A program made the translations under genes and the position numbers. 50,848 bases of DNA from Octopus sinensis (Eukaryota): the NCBI RefSeq assembly GCF_006345805.1, contig NW_021834017.1, positions 1-50,848 of the forward strand, written 5' to 3'. Shown here piece by piece: positions 48,359-50,848 of the stretch (positions are counted from its first letter, which is position 1; each line of letters begins with the position of its first letter). The notes under the pieces are model-generated. The model had not been told where the DNA came from, searched no databases, and was given only the letters and a program-made list of their open reading frames with translations.

Positions 48359-49825
48359 ATATCAGAATATGGTTTTTGGTAATATTATTGCTTAGGAACA
48401 CATCAAAATCATAGAAAATATTAAAAAATAAGCTAAAACTATTAATGGGGTTCTCCATACCCCAACCACACCAATGATGAAAAATACAGAACTACCCCAC
48501 CAGTGGGTTAAGATGGTTCATCATAAAGCCATTGGAAGACATTTTAAAATAGTTTTGCAGAGAACTTTGCAAGTTTCTTTGCTTGTGAATCAGTTGTCAC
48601 GTCTACAAATGATGGTGTCCCTGAGTCTTTTCAGAGTGATTCAGAAAACAATTATATATTTTTTGTCTATTCTAAATGATCTTGACATTGTTTTTGACTT
48701 TACATAAAATATTCTTTACATTCTACTGTTGTTTTATTGTCATTTATTTACAAGTATTATAAATTTTATTGGTAAAATATTTTTCTAGCAATGAATTACA
48801 ATTTATAACATTGCTTCTATGGGAAATTATTGCTTTGCTTTATGAGTTTTCACTTTAGGAGCAATCTCCAGGAAGAAATTAACTCATATATCAAGGCATT
48901 ATTGTATCTGACATTATTTTGGCACAAGGCCAGCAATCTCAGGGGAAGGAGTAAGTTGAATAACCACATGGATCAGCATGTGTGCTTTTTACATGAACTA
49001 GCAGAACTGCTTCTTACAGGGAGTGGCATTGCACGATATACCTATATATATAAAGCTGAAGTTGTCTGTGTGTGTAGCAGGTTTTGCAGCCTTCAACTAA
49101 CACTATCTCTACCGAGACACTGTGATGTCATTTATTTACAAGTTTTATAAATTTTAGAGGTAAAATATTTTTCTGGGAATGAATTAGGATTTATAACATT
49201 GCTTCTAGAATACAGTTTTTGGTAATATTATTGCTTAGGAACACATCTAAAGTCATAAAAAGTACTAAAAAAAATGGCTAAAACTATTAATGGGGTTCTC
49301 CATACCCCACTGCATTAATCATGAAAAAATACAGAACTACCCCACCAGTGGGTTAATATTTTATCATAAAGCCATTGGAAGACATTTTTAAGTAGTTTTG
49401 CAGAGAAAATATGGCAAAAGTTTGCTTTAAGCTTAGCATATAACTTCTCGTAACTTCTATATTTTTAGGAATATTTTTTTTTGCATAATCGTACGATTGT
49501 GATTATAGAGGTAAAGAAACAAAATTGGTGCATGTTTTAAGGGCCATTTAGCTTACAGTAGTGTCCCCTTTTCCCTGTTTAGGAATTGAACCCACAATTT
49601 TCCCTGTTTAGGAATTGACTTCACAGATCTTCCAAACTTTGATCAGCCATTTGCTATTTTGCCAAGCATGTACTGTCGGAAACATACTCTGTCTTTGTAC
49701 CTCACCCTACCCTCATAAATGGCTAGGCATTTATGAGGGTATATCAGAATATGGTTTTTGGTAATAGTATTGCTTAAGAACACATCTAAAGTCATAAAAA
49801 GTATAGAAAATGGCTAAAACTATTA
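48359..49825 (+). repeat. Three partial direct repeats of an AT-rich module
   Basis: TTTTTGGTAAT..TATTGCTTA.GAACACATC at ~48373, ~49216 and ~49755. Confidence 0.8.
49490..49730 (-). pseudogene. piggyBac-type (PGBD4-like) transposase fragment
   Basis: YEGRVRYKDRVCFRQYM and KWLIKVWKICE resemble DE.MV.YKGR..FRQYMP.KP.KWGIKVW..C. Confidence 0.75.
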
Positions 49826-49899
49826 TATTAACATATAAACAAAAACAAATGAGTACTCTTTGAAAATGAAAGTGAAACAAGATAAAAGTATCTTATGGT

Positions 49900-50305
49900 T
49901 AGAGACTCATTTATAAGCATTATGATGAAGGTCTTATTTTAAATAAGGGACCAGTTTGGTTCTCCACCTACTGGCCCACTACTAGTGTCTTCAGTGTAGG
50001 TATTGTGACAGTTTTAAAAATCCTGTCTCTATCATGATACTGGAAACATGAAAGTCACTAAAAGCTTCTTCGCTGCTCCAATCGTTTGCTATTCTGGGTA
50101 ACTTGCTTATTCTCATTAATATATTTATAGCAGAAAATGCTTGGATTTCATCTAAGCATGTGGGTGGCCAGAAATGGTCCTTTCTACCACATTGCTTATA
50201 TTCTGTGTAGCAATGGTTCTGCACAGTAATTGCTTCCAACAAACTAGGAGGGAAAAATAAAAGAAGGTCAAATGGTTTTGTCTCCTGGAAATCACTGTGA
50301 CTAGG
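49900..50305 (-). pseudogene. piggyBac-type (PGBD4-like) transposase fragment
   Basis: LLFFPPSLLEAIT...WPPTCLDEIQAF..INILM.ISKLPRI..WSS...FLKLSQYLH...PLFKIRP. Confidence 0.82.
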
Positions 50306-50314
50306 TCCAATCTC

Positions 50315-50848
50315 TTTTCTCTTTTTACTTGTTTCAGTCATTTGACTGCGGCCATGCTGGAGCACTGCCTTTAATCGAGCAACTCGACCCCGGGACTTAT
50401 TCTTTGTAAGCCCAGTACTTATTCTATTGGTCCCCTTTTACCGAACCGCTAAGTCACGGGGACATAAACACACCAGCATCGGTTGTCAAGCAATGCTAGG
50501 GGGACAAACACAAACACACAATACATATATATATATATACATATATACAACAGGCTTCTTTCAGTTTCCGTCTACCAAATGCACACACAAGGCTTTGGTC
50601 GTCCCGAGGCTATAGTATAAGACACTTGCCCAAGGTGCCATGCAGTGGGACTGAACCCGGAACCATGTGGTTGGTAACCAAGCTACTTACCACACAGCCG
50701 CTCCTACACCTATATATATATATACATACGATGTTCTTCTTTCAGTTTCCGTCTACCAAATCCACTCACAAGGCTTTGGTCGTCCCGAGGCTATAGTAGA
50801 AGACACTTGCCCAAGGTGCCATGCAGTGGGACTGAACCCGGAACCATG
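50315..50848 (-). mobile_element. SINE family B with second head, running off the window
   Basis: Tail from 50315; heads at ~50545-50710 and ~50730-50848. Confidence 0.88.

Overview
Eukaryotic, AT-rich, repeat-dense animal DNA. It is very probably an octopus (coleoid cephalopod), inferred from mollusc-type histones and tRNA-derived SINEs that resemble the Octopus OK/OR families; this was not database-checked. The first 7 kb hold one replication-dependent core-histone quartet as two divergent pairs (H2A<- ->H2B, H4<- ->H3). Each gene has its 3' stem-loop, and no H1 is visible. Most of the rest is transposon-derived: three tRNA-SINE families, a (GAT)n-tailed retroposon with internal 63-bp repeats, non-autonomous Helitrons, several hairpin MITEs, a 2.3-kb palindrome of 147-bp repeats, 30/60-bp and ~235-bp satellites, and fossil RTE, CR1, L1/Tx1-like, pogo, mariner and piggyBac fragments. 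The most notable item is missed by the ORF track: a six-exon gene (33157-42433, +) that I assembled from splice signals. It encodes a signal peptide, two tandem divergent Ig-like domains made by an internal duplication, a transmembrane helix and a very short tail. The duplicated exons have diverged faster than the adjacent introns, almost entirely by amino-acid changes, and the second domain exon has a 1-nt deletion in this assembly. Repeat boundaries were read by eye and are approximate.
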